Assembly: GCA_022813965.1 (NCBI GenBank) | Contig: JALDZS010000034.1 | Location: forward strand, 62,001 to 126,000 | From: Toensbergia leucococca | Taxonomy: Eukaryota | Length of the DNA: 64,000 nt | Direction: 5' to 3' | Part shown: positions 52,164 through 64,000 of the stretch, piece by piece | Layout: each line of letters starts with the position of its first letter | Numbering within the stretch: the first letter of the stretch is position 1 | The notes under the pieces: generated by a model | What the model saw: only the letters and a program-made list of their open reading frames with translations | Databases searched by the model: none | What the model was told of the DNA's origin: nothing | Made by a program: the position numbers and the translations under genes

Positions 52164-54022
52164 TCACCCCATCCTCCTATCCATCCCCTCCCTCCACCTA
52201 GGTCCAAACCTCCTCATCGCCCAAATCACCACACTGCTCCCCGCACAAATAACCCCCAACCCGGTAAACAGCCAGCCGTTACCGATGCTGGTGATGAGGG
52301 GCTGGGCGACGATAGCGCCGACGCAGGAAAAGATGTTGCGGACGAAATTGTTGACGGCGACGCCCGAGGAGGCCTTTTTGGGCATGAATTCCGTGAGCAT
52401 GGTTGTGGCCATGGCGAAGATGAGCATGCTGCCGATGCCGAAGAAGAAGTTGGCGATGAGCTGTGGTTCAGGGGTAAGTGGAATAGAGGTTAGTTTTGGG
52501 TTTTTGAGGTGTGTTAATTCGAGTTGTTATCGTGTGGGAAAAGAGGGGGGACTCACGGGGACGATCCAGAAAATGCCTTTTTCGGCCGTCCAGCCGTACC
52601 AGATCAGAGCGGCCGGATACAGGAATGCGGCCATCCAGGCATTTTCTCGCATGCGGTCTTCGGGACGGTAGATCAGCTTGCGGTTCTCGTCGTAGCGGCC
52701 TGCGCGGGCGGCCTCGCGGGCCATTATGGTATCAGTCCATTTGCCGCCGAAGAGACTCGCGCAGAGGTAGCCGATGGAGTTTGGGATGTAGGTCAGGCCG
52801 ACGATGATGGTGGAGAAGTTGTAAGGGGGTTTGGAAAAGGTGCTTTGGAGGCTGACGTTGAGGATGTAGAGGGAGCCGAAGGTGATGCTGGCGTAGTAGA
52901 CTGTGATTAGGACTGCCGGGTAGCGCAGGTAGAGGATTATCTTTAGAGGGTCGATGAAGATTCGCTTGGCTATTTTTATACGTTGCTTGGTCCTTTGATG
53001 CATGGAGAAGCGTGACTCAGTTCTGGCGAGCCCGAGACGTTGTGGAGGAGTGACTGCCTCCATCTCCTCCTCTATTTCCTCGGAGAAACTCGCTTTTGCC
53101 TTTAGTGTCTCTGGTAGCGCGAAGAAGAGTGACACTATTAGGGCGCCTCCATAGATGGCAAGAAACCATTGTGTGCTCCGCCAGCCCCATTTCTGCGCCA
53201 GAGCACCGCCAATAATGGGTGCAAGGAGTGGTCCCATCAAAGGCCCGAGGTAGAAAATGCCCATAGCCCTGCCCCTTTCCCGGACTTCCCATATGTCTGC
53301 GATGGTGCCTGCCCCTACCGCTTGGACGCTGGCTGCGGCTCCCCCGCCAAGAACTCGCATAACGATCAACATTGCTATATTAGTTGACAGGGCGGATAAG
53401 ACATTGAAAATCAGAAACAATGAAAATGAGACGAGGTATATTGTCCTCCTCCCTGATGTTTCCGAGAAGCTACTCCACCAGAGAGGGAAAATGGACATGC
53501 TGAGCATGTACAAAGCGACAGAGAGATTGGTGATTGTGGGAGTAGAATGGAGGTCGTCAGAGACTTGGATGAGGGATGCTATCGTTGGCGAGTGATCAGC
53601 CATGGACATATGGAAGCATTTAATTTGGGAGTTTTACGAAAAAATATAGCACTTCCCATTGGAGCGGCGGCGGCAGCGACAGCAACGGTGAAGGTGATGA
53701 ACCATTTTGTAGGTCTTGGGTAGTCTTTGGGTTCCTCCACTTCAGCAAGAAGCGTAAAACGTCCAAAGAGACCTCGCCGCTGAGACCTGGGAACTTTCAC
53801 CGGTTGAGGACTCGTGGATTCTGCTTTCGAGGGTGATGCAAATACTTCCTCATTTTCGGAGACGTGGATAGTACCACTGCTAGGAGCGTGGGAAGAAGCA
53901 GGGGAGGACCCATGATCTGCTTCTTCGTTATATTTCTCATCTATAGCCAATGGTAATGAGTCAGAATCATCATGATCGACTGCAGACGAGATGCCCTTCT
54001 CGGGGTCTTGATTCATCATCAT
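52164..54022 (-). CDS. MFS drug:H+ antiporter (DHA1, Dtr1/Qdr-like); two introns
   Basis: PLWWSSFSETSGRR, AVGAGTIADIWEVRERGRAMGIFYLGPLMGPLLAPIIGG, LPETL, PEDRMRENAW, AVNNFVRN. Confidence 0.92.
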
Positions 54023-54516
54023 AACAGTTCATAAGACAATCAAGGTAGAATATAAGAGATTTGCACGCCCACCGATTCCCAATACAATCAACCAACGCCA
54101 CGGGCAAAGGAATATTCAAGGATATATGAACGTTGAAAGATAGCGCGAAAGACAGCAGATTCCACTTCTCCCCCATCTTCCGTCACCCATCACCCCACTT
54201 TTGATATAGACAAGCACTATCGTACTGGTGCAGCGGGCGTCATACATGCTTGATCTGGCTGGTACACGGTGCTAAATCCATTTGCCGGATTGTGATTTGC
54301 GTGTGATGTCGAATTGTGTGCCGTCACTCCCGTTCTCCGTTCCTCGAATACTTTAGCCGGTTTAGTCTCGACCGTTGACCGAAATCATCTTTTTGCTGGC
54401 TTTGCAGGGTTTGTACCGAGTATTAATAATCTTTTTCTTTCCGACATTACCCCACCTTGTATGAAAGAGCACTTGTGCCGACTAACCTCTCGCACGTATT
54501 GTATACACATCGAGAT

Positions 54517-55428
54517 ATGTTTGCTACAATACTACCACAAGACGTAGCACGCGCACGCTTGCGTGACCATTTTACAAGGCCGATATCTAACCACCCAGAA
54601 GGCTGGTCTGAGCTTTGGGATGCTGGCGAATTCTTGCCGTGGGATAGGAATGAACCCAGTCCGGCATTCGTTGACACCCTAGGAGACCGTCATGACCTGC
54701 TTGGTACATGCTTTATAGAGGACAGTGATGGGGCCAAGCGCCGCAAGAGAGCCCTCGTACCAGGCTGTGGAAGAGGGTATGATGTCTTGCTGTTGGCAAG
54801 CTTCGGATACGACGCCTGGGGACTCGATGTTAGTGAGACTGCCGTAAAGAGGTGCCTTGAGGAACAGAAGACCAATGCACACAAGTATCCCGCGAAGGAT
54901 GAGTCCACGGGCTCGGGTACCTCCACCTTCCTGACTGGTAACTTCTTCAGTGACGAATGGAGCAAAAGCATTCCTGGACGTGGCAAGTTTGAATTGATCT
55001 TTGATTATACGGTAAAACAGACCCGTGCATACCTATCGTTGAGGTGCATTGTTCCCCACCAATTTAGCTGACGAACCGTCTCGTAGTTTTTCTGTGCTCT
55101 CTCCCCTACTATGCGGCCTGCTTGGTCTCTTCGCTACTCTCAGCTTCTGGCTCCAGCACCTACCGGTAATCTGATCTGTCTCGAGTTTCCCACCCAAAAA
55201 CCCCCATCAACCGGTGGTCCTCCACACGCTTCGCCTCCCGAAGTTTATGTCGAGCACCTAAGTCATCCAGGCGAAGAAATTCCTTACGACGAGGAAGGCA
55301 ACGTGAAAGGAGACAGCTCAAAACGAGCCCGTTCTGGAGGGTTGGAAAGAGTTGCTCATTGGCAGCCGGAAAGGACGCATGCAGTTGGAAAAGGCACAGA
55401 TTGGGTCAGCATTTGGCGGCATAGGTGA
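54517..55428 (+). CDS. SAM-dependent thiol/halide methyltransferase (TPMT family); intron ~55012-55086
   Basis: WSELWD..FLPWDR, RALVPGCGRGYDV, FELIFDYT|FFCAL...RPAWS, LICLEFP, GGPP. Confidence 0.88.
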
Positions 55429-55517
55429 TCGTTGATGACAGCGAGAGGCACTTGGTCGAGATACCATTATTGTATTATAGTAGAGTCGCATCAAAAACAC
55501 GTGAGACCCGTTCTGCC

Positions 55518-56441
55518 TTACTGCAAACGACGCAGGGAATTGTAATGCTCTCCCAGTCCGAAGTTGTGTCGGTAATACGCAAGCCAGAGTTGTGTTTCAC
55601 GAGATTCCAGGCCTGACTCTATCTTTAGTACTTTACCGTCACCTTGCAGGACGTTGATGTCTACCCCATAGGCTCTGGCCAAAGCTGACAATTCGAGTTG
55701 GCCACCCCACTCCCCAGTATCTCTGACCTTCCTTGTATATTCGTCTAAAGGTTCCTCTAAGAAAGGTAAGAAATCATTTGAATGTCTAGAAATGTATGAT
55801 GCCGCAACGAGGCGTGTAATTTTGTAGCTGGCCGTTATGGTTTGGCCACCAGCCTCCACACTGTCTGTATCAGTACTGAGCTCCAACTTCATACCAGATT
55901 CGATCAATTGGTCTGCTACGGCAGCATATAGACAGTGACCGTCAGAACGTATCGCCTCCTCCTTCAGACCGCGTGATTCGATCTCAGGGAGCATCACCTT
56001 GCGTTCTTGCTCTCGCAGGCTAGGCAGATTTTCAGCCTCTTCCGCAGCTTGGGTAGCCGCAGCTTCCTGCTCGGCTGCTCGTCGGGCCAATCGTGCCTTT
56101 TGACGATTAGGTTTCTTGTCTTGTAGAATCGATGTTGAAGATGGAGACAAGGTTGATGTAATCATAGGAATATTAACGCCGATTGCCTCGTCCAGTGCCT
56201 CATGTTTTGCTTCCACTGTCTCATCATTGACTTTATGATACGTGTTCTCGTCGACTTGTTTTCCAATGGTCAACTCTAACAACTCGCGCTGATGCTGCTC
56301 GTCCAAGCTTTGCTCAAGAGTTGTGCATTCGTCGTTGATTCCTTTACGCGTCTTCTTCGTTGCAGATTTCTTTTTTTGAGTGATGCGTGCTTGAAGATCT
56401 CTCTGCTGCTGGCGATGTTTCCTTTGCAGCATTTCCATCAT
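55518..56441 (-). CDS. OTU2: OTU-domain deubiquitinase (Otu2/OTUD6-like)
   Basis: KKPNRQKARLARR, catalytic SDGHCLYAAVADQL, WGGQLELSALA, YYRHNFGLGEHYNSL. Confidence 0.9.
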   Translation of the reverse strand: MMEMLQRKHRQQQRDLQARITQKKKSATKKTRKGINDECTTLEQSLDEQHQRELLELTIGKQVDENTYHKVNDETVEAKHEALDEAIGVNIPMITSTLSPSSTSILQDKKPNRQKARLARRAAEQEAAATQAAEEAENLPSLREQERKVMLPEIESRGLKEEAIRSDGHCLYAAVADQLIESGMKLELSTDTDSVEAGGQTITASYKITRLVAASYISRHSNDFLPFLEEPLDEYTRKVRDTGEWGGQLELSALARAYGVDINVLQGDGKVLKIESGLESRETQLWLAYYRHNFGLGEHYNSLRRLQ

Positions 56442-57124
56442 AGGAATCTAATAGATCTAGAGTAGGTAATGCAAAGATTGATACTCCTTACTGGTACGGA
56501 TAGAGAAATTGAAATACGAGTAGCTTGGTTGCATGGATCTGATTGGTAGATTTCACCCGGTGTTGCCGGAAAACGAGATTCTGTGCAGCGGGACGGAAGA
56601 ACTTAGATCCATCTCATTCACATGTCGAGGCGCAAAATGAGCATTCCAGCACAGATCTCGGAGGTCAGCCACTTACTAGTCAACATAACCATTCAATTCC
56701 TCGAGTTGGACTTGTAACGCTACAATCCTGGTCCGGCCTGGATCAGATGTTGAGCTCTGTTCATGTCACGGGTCCTCAAGTAGAGTCTAATTTGCGGGAG
56801 TCGGTACTTGTACCCTTAGGTCTTCCCCACAATATTCACACGTGCTAAGCAAAATCCTCATCCTCAGCTGCCCTTGGCCCGAGGAATTATTCCTGATTCA
56901 CTCGTCATGCTTCGGATAAACCCGCTGAAGAGTCCTACCTCAACTTCAGACCTTCCACCTTTATGGTACCAGCTGCTCCCATTCTTCTCTACTATCTCCC
57001 GACCCCCATAACATCGTGACTTGATATATTCAACATCAACTGCCACGCCCTTTTTGTCCTTGCAAATAAGAAGGAAGCGAAGCTGGCAGATCAAAAGGCT
57101 TTTGTTTTTGCTGTGCCGACAGAG

Positions 57125-58968
57125 ATGGCTTCTTTGGACCAAGAAGATCAAATCTACTTAGACGACGTTAATGCCGCGAAGGAATGGTGGGCCGATTCTC
57201 GATGGAGATACACAAAGCGGCCCTTTACCGCTGAACAGATTGTTGCCAAAAGAGGGAACCTTAGAATCGAATATCCCAGCAATGTGCAAAGTAAGAAGCT
57301 CTGGCAAATACTTGAGGGGAGATTCAAAGTAAGGAGCATGCTATGTAGTAAGGCTCTTCAGCTTTGCATGCTGACAGCTACCGTTAGAGTGGCGATGCTA
57401 GCTACACGTACGGATGCTTAGATCCAACAATGATTACCCAGATGGCAAAGTATCTGGACACTGTATACGTCTCTGGCTGGCAGTGCTCTTCTACTGCATC
57501 ATCAACAGATGAGCCTTCACCAGATTTAGCCGATTATCCCATGGTATTGCATGCAAAATCAACTATCTGGGTACAGCAACTTACGTGAAACAGAACACTG
57601 TACCAAACAAGGTTCAGCACCTCTTCATGGCTCAGCTCTTCCATGATCGCAAGCAACGTGAAGAGCGGATTACTACACCCAAGGCAAATCGTGGTAGCGT
57701 TGCGAACACCGACTTCCTTAGACCCATCATTGCCGATGCAGATACTGGCCATGGTGGGCTCACGGCGATCATGAAACTTACTAAATTATTCATCGAGAAG
57801 GGTGCAGCGGGCATCCATATCGAAGATCAGGCCCCAGGGACGAAAAAGTGTGGTCACATGGCTGGCAAAGTTCTTGTGCCTATCAGCGAACACATAAATC
57901 GTCTAGTAGCGATTAGGGCTCAAGCAGACATCATGGGTATGGCTCCACATTGAATTTGGTGGAATCTGTAGGAGGTCTGACATCTCTAGGTACTGATCTA
58001 CTTGCTGTGGCCAGAACCGATTCTGAGGCAGCCACGCTTCTTACTTCCACTATTGATCCTAGGGATCATGCATTCATTCTCGGGGCTACGAACCCAGCTC
58101 TTCAGCCTCTGAATGACCTTATGATGGCAGCTGAGCAAGCTGGTAAGAACGGCGATCAACTGCAAGCAATTGAAGATCAATGGATTGCGCAAGCTGGACT
58201 TAAACTCTTTAATGAAGCTGTGGTGGATACAATAAGGGCGGGCGTGCATGTCGACAAGTCAAGCCTCATCAACGAATATCTGACATTGGCCATGGGCAAA
58301 AGCAATTCTGAGGCCAAAGCGATTGCCATGGGCTTGACAGGCGTTGACATTCATTGGGATTGGCATTCACCTAGAACTCGAGAAGGCTTCTACCGATATC
58401 AGGGTGGTACTGGATGTGCTGTTAACCGCGCCATTGCCTACGCCCCCTACGCTGACTTGATCTGGATGGAGAGTAAGCTACCAGACTTCAAGCAGGCGGA
58501 GGAATTCGCCAACGGTGTGCATGCCGTTTGGCCAGAGCAGAAGTATGTGTTCCTTTTTAAATAAAGTGAGATGTATTTCTAATGGGCCTTTGCAGACTGG
58601 CATACAATCTCTCACCTTCATTCAATTGGAAGTCAGCCATGCCTCGCGAGGAGCAAGAGACGTACATTGTACGACTCGCGAAGCTTGGATACTGCTGGCA
58701 ATTCATCACCTTGGCCGGTCTTCACACCACCGCTCTCATCTCAGACCAGTTCTCGAAAGCCTTCGCCAAGCACGGCATGCGTGCGTATGGGGAGCTTGTC
58801 CAAGAGCCGGAAATGGAGAACAAGGTGGATGTGGTGACGCATCAGAAATGGTCGGGGGCGAATTATGTGGATAATATGTTGAAAATGGTCACGGGGGGTG
58901 TGTCGAGTACGAGCGCGATGGGGAAGGGAGTTACGGAGGATCAATTCAAGTATGAGGGCTCCCAGTAG
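57125..58968 (+). CDS. ICL1: Isocitrate lyase; four introns
   Basis: [34 protein letters not shown] (KKCGH motif), [44 protein letters not shown]. Confidence 0.96.
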
Positions 58969-60921
58969 ACACACACAGTTGAAACGATGGTTTTTCACGA
59001 TCGCTGTGAGGTTGCTGAACGATTACATGTCGAGACTTTTTGTGCGGGTATCAATGCATCCCATCCATCCTGAATTGACATGGCCCATTGCGCTTTCCAT
59101 TGCTTATCTCATGTTTGCTTCACGCATTTGCAAGCACACATATAGGCCGCATCTATATGGCTTCAAGAAGCTCTCAGCAAGCGAGAAAAACCCTATACTT
59201 GAGGATTTGAGCACGTCACGTTCAGGAATGACCTCATTGGACGGACATTGAACTCACCTAGCCTGGATGTCGTGTTGAATGACTTGAAATCTCTTTCAAT
59301 AAAAGTTGATCGTTCCCAGCGTCTGGAAATGGACATCCAACCAAGAAATGGGCCGTGAAACTGACTGTGGAGATGATGAAGGTGAAGTACTTTCATCGTT
59401 GGTTTGGATACCGTACTTATTGATGTACATAAGACTAGAGTCCTATATCCCGGAACCCGTGGTCTTAGAACCCAGTGGGGATCATATAAGCCCGTTTTTC
59501 GCCGGCCATGAGTCTGAGTATTCTTGGAAAATCAGTTACATTCCACTGGAGAAAATGTAATTACATCCCCTTACCATCTAAAACACCACTCGACAATATA
59601 TATCAAGCTTGACCGATCTCCTCTTTCCTTGAGAAGCTGGACTCATCGTCGCTGGCACCCTGTTTTGAGCTCAATCTTGTTACAGATTGTAATGCTGACG
59701 GTAATGAGACTGAGTCTGGGAGCGAGCATGAGGGTGATGTGTGTGATGGGATTTGATTGTAGATCAAGGACTTGATATAGCTTCAGAAGGTTGTATTGGG
59801 TTGATAACTCGGGTTGGCTGGGAGCCCCTTACCTCACCTGTAGATAGCCTTGTTTTTCTCCCTCAGGTACCGTACTCGATCTTAAGCAATTCCATCAGTT
59901 ATGCATCACACCAAATAATCACATCATCAACATGAAGAACGAAGAGAATGAAAAAACACACCTAAGACTTCCACAGATAGATAAGAAAGATTTCTCATCT
60001 CAAAGACCAAAAACACGTTCGTTCTGAAAAAAACTCAATTATGAAACCATTGTTCAACCAACAAGCTCAGTAGTATCTCATATCTCATATACACATCAAC
60101 ATACAATCCAACAGTCCATACACACTCCCCAAAATCCAACAAAATCCATCACGAATCTCAATTCCCGCATTCATATAAACGATTTTCTTTCAGCCAAAAG
60201 TCGGAATGTTGAGCCCCCCCCCCCAACTTAATGCTTTCATTGCAAAGTAAAAAGAATGAAACATGCCAGCAAGCGCAACAAAAGCACCCCTTCCCAAAAA
60301 CAACAAATCTCACAATCCGCGCGAATTCATCCAGAAATTTTCAAGAAATCCAGAAGAAGAGGGCGTTTGAAGGAAAAATGCCCACCCAACATGAAATGAA
60401 GATTTTTCAATGATCCAGAAATTGTTATACGAAAGTTAGGTAAACCACCATGACTCGCAATAAATATTTCATTCGAAGGTTATCAATTTCCATTTAGATA
60501 CGGTAGCTCTGGAACGAGGTAGATAAACATATCCAATCGAACAGCGAAATAAATCAAAGTAAAGTCATGGTGAGCAAAAGCATGCAACGTGAGGCTAATG
60601 TGGGAAATCTGATTTGAGAATCGCAACATAAAGGCAAGACTGAAGTCTACCAGTCACATTGAGAGAAAGACGCCTCACATGAATGGTCCAGGCAGCCTCT
60701 AACAGACTTATCGAATCTGATTTCCGAGTATCTTAGAATGCCCTCACAAGCCTAATGAATTGATCCGACGCCCTTTTCCATGCCCCCCGCTAAAAGTCAC
60801 CCCGAGACCGGCGCCTGCATGCAATATGTGTCCGTGCCTGAATTTTCCCGGCCCTGAACGCAACCCCATAGCCTTGATAAAAATAGAGTTGCAAGAATGA
60901 AAACGTCCCGATGCGCAGGCC

Positions 60922-62742
60922 TTAGGCGTCTGGCTTCCCCCCAGTCACCTTTGCGGCCTGCACAGCGCTAATTTTCTGAGTCCAAGCTTGAGTGGGCTGG
61001 ATCTTCTTCACCGTGCGCAACTCATCAGATGCGTAGCCGGGAACGCGGATGTTGTAGTTACGTTCCAGAATGAGCTGGATGTCGCGGAGTTCGAGGGTTG
61101 ATGATTGACGAAGCTTGGCGAGTTTGCATGCGCTGACGATGACTTGATCGACAAAGTCATCTGCGACTTGGAGTAGTGTCTAAGGATGATGAGAGAAGTA
61201 TTCAGTGGCTAATCAGAGGGACATGATGGAACTCACCTCTTCCACTTCAGCCGTCAAGCCTTCGCCCTCTTCACTCTCACCTCCGCCTGTCACTTGCCTC
61301 ACTAGCTCCTCCAATTTCTTTTTGCTAAGAACCCTCTCCCCCTCGCCTTCAAGTACATATCCAGGGTGCTTCTGTATACCTGGCTGACCAAGAGATCCCA
61401 TTGCACTATTACTCGGTCCACCCGACAAAGAAGGTCTTGCAGGTCCCATTGTAACCTGTTGAGGCTGTGGAACATTAAGAGTTTTTGGGATGGGCATTTT
61501 GATATTGTTGTTTTGGGGCTCTCGGTTGCCTAGTTGAGTTTGCGGGTAAGTGGAGGATTGTGGAGTGGATTGCTGGTAATTTGTTTGGGAATATGACTGT
61601 GCAGCTTGTTCCACTGCTGCTCGATGTGAAAGAGGATGTGGACCTTGCGAATTCGTAGTTGACTGTGGCTGTGAAGCTTGAGGTGAATGGCGTTGTTGAA
61701 TTGACGGGCCGCTACTAGTACTGATATTTAGAGGTGGGTGTGGAGCTTGTGGCTGGCCCTGGCTTCCTGACGCAGCATGTTGTATCTGGGAGGCTGGTGC
61801 TTGGCTCATTTGTTGATGACCTGGCTGCCCAGAATTGGATGGACTCATTGCGGAACGACTTATTAGGTTTGCTTGATTTCTGGCGGCATCCACAGCAGAG
61901 TTGACCGTGTGCGGCTGACCTTGCCCGTCTAATGGCATGTGTTGTTGCGAGACTTGATGAACATTTTGCACCTGTCCGGTTGCATCACGCGATGTGGGAA
62001 ATCCAGGGACACCGTTGCTGGCAGCTTGACTCTGGTTATTCTGCTCCCTAAGTTGCTGCTGCTGCTGCTTGAATCTTCCCAAATATACTTTGGCTTCTTC
62101 GATGGTCCGCTGGTAAGTTCCCTTGCGATCGTTGAGAGAAGCATCTACTTTACCCTCTCTCTGATTTTGGGCAATCGTTTGGTTCACCTCGTTCATCCTC
62201 TGGGTGGCCAGCTCCAATCTCTGCAGATGGTGTGCATACTTATTTCTCGCCTCTCGTTGCCAATTTTGAGCTGACTGTGGACCTTGTGCTCTGACATTAG
62301 GCGGCGTGACCAATTCCAGGTTTTGAACGGCTGTAAGTATCTTGGGTGTCACAGTTTCGTGAGTCTGGTTCTGGCCGGGGTTCGGATGTATGGGTTGATT
62401 TTGTTGATGAGAGTCTATTTGAGTTGGCTGAGCTTGATTGATGGGTCTTGTACCATTTTGCTGACTGGCTTGAAGGTCTCGAGCTTGCTGCTCACTACTG
62501 TGTTTTCTCAGTCCAGCTTTGATACTCGCAGTAACATCAGCTAGCTTCTTGTGAGCGGCCTGATGTTCTGGAGAGTCATGCGGACGGGTGTGAATTGTGT
62601 CCCATAGCTTCATTATGCCGGGAGCGTAGTTGGCCTTTTGCTGATCGGTAACATGAGGAAGCTTTGCGACCATCTCCGGTCTTATAAGACTTGATAATGG
62701 TGGGAGGCCTTGGTGGACCGGCGGATTAGCAAGGTTGCTCAT
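60922..62742 (-). CDS. TAF12: TFIID/SAGA subunit Taf12; intron ~61235-61180
   Basis: Q-rich N-terminus, then a histone fold: [15 protein letters not shown]...[20 protein letters not shown]...[18 protein letters not shown]. Confidence 0.92.
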
Positions 62743-64000
62743 CCTGTAGCTTGGAGCTGGTGGGGTCCTCAGTGGACGTCTTCGGGCTACATGAGACGGA
62801 CGTATATTCGTACTCGTACTCGTATCAAGGATGGAATATGGCGAAATGCCTAGAGACGAAGAAATATGGCAAGAGTCCAAAGAAGAAATGGTTCGGTGTG
62901 CATGGCTGAGTAAGTCAGAAGCATTTGTACGGAGACGCTTAGGTATGCAACGAGAGTTCAAAGCTAGTGCTCGGTACGAAGGTATTCTAGGTAGGGAGGT
63001 AGGCACGAGGTAACGCCTCATCTCAAAGATTTGTATATTTACAAAATCTGCGGAGTACCACTTGTAACAGCGAGAGAGCCTCTCAGCCTCCAGGACTTCC
63101 AAGCTGACATGTGCCTCGAGCGAGCATACAAGCACACCATCACCAACAAGTCCTTGAAATCCGTGAAAGAGCAATGTCTTCTTCTCTCCGGATTTGCATT
63201 TTCAAAGCCATTCGCTGAGAATCATGACTCGAGCAAGATTAATCACAGTGCAACGTCTCTCACCAGATGCTATTTGATGCAAACGCCCTACTCCAATTTC
63301 TTCTGCATGGCCATCTTCTTCATCGACAGATCATCTCCGCAATACAAGACCCGTTTACCATTGATGTGAATACTCTTTACAGGTTTGATCTTAGTCTACA
63401 CTTGTGAAGCTTACACTCAAGCTCTAAAGAGAGGATGTAATGTCGACACTTTGTACATCCCTAGTAAGACCCTTCGGAGCCCCAAGAAGAAGCGAACGAC
63501 AGTGCACAGAACACTTTATCCATGTAGGTGTTCAATTTGATAACCCTAGCTTTGAAACGCCAATGATGGTATCAGAGTTGGTTTTCGAATGCAGTTCATC
63601 GGGCATGGGAGTCTAAGTTTCAAGCTGCCGCGAATGTTTTCATGCCTCTCCTGTTTCCTCAATCATTAAAAATGAGATCACAAGTCTCTGTATGAACACC
63701 TCGGGGCGCCGAATAATCTTGGAGTCTATATGCCTTGTCATTGTCGGTTCCAGAGCCATTTATTGACCAAAACACAATGCATCCATTCGAAAACCAGAAG
63801 CCAACACATGCCCGAGTGCAGGGTGGAGTAGCATCTAGAGCTCATCCTGTAAAATTATCATGCTCGAGAATATCTGAGGTAACATGCTTCAAATCATAAG
63901 GAGTACTAAATGTAGCTTTCTCAGTGATGCTGGTCAGGGTGATAGGAATCTGCCACAAACCATGGCGTGCCATTTTATTTCTCTGCCTCCCTATTTCTGC

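Noticed and set aside
41289..55428. Secondary-metabolite cluster (TF, MFS, methyltransferase, membrane protein)
   Set aside because: No PKS, NRPS, terpene synthase or RiPP core gene, and the genes are separated by unrelated sequence.
59150..59600. Coding-like fragments downstream of ICL1
   Set aside because: Only short broken frames with no motif I recognise.

Overview
Gene-dense, intron-containing DNA from a filamentous ascomycete (Pezizomycotina). The compositional style suggests a lichen-forming Lecanoromycete, but this is inference only. The window holds about 22 protein-coding genes, mostly conserved housekeeping loci: ARP1 (3' end), a DUF3602-like protein, MED1, a Baeyer-Villiger monooxygenase, ERV25, SDH5, an uncharacterised protein, a large disordered Spa10-like protein, HAS1, an FLC/TRP-like channel, HEM4, ERV1, a 2OG-Fe(II) oxygenase, a DUF3253 protein, a Fus3/Kss1 MAPK, SEC24, a membrane protein, a Zn2Cys6 factor, an EEPAPA-repeat protein, a DHA1 MFS transporter, a thiol methyltransferase, an OTU deubiquitinase, isocitrate lyase and TAF12. 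Two internally deleted, TA-flanked pogo/DDE_1 DNA transposons of related subfamilies are present, and their mutations fall at CpC/CpG rather than CpA. The strongest unexplained signal is a recurring sharp C-rich to G-rich switch near the 3' end of many genes. I found no CRISPR array, rRNA, tRNA or biosynthetic core gene, and no clearly new multi-gene system. Exon boundaries were read by eye and are approximate.
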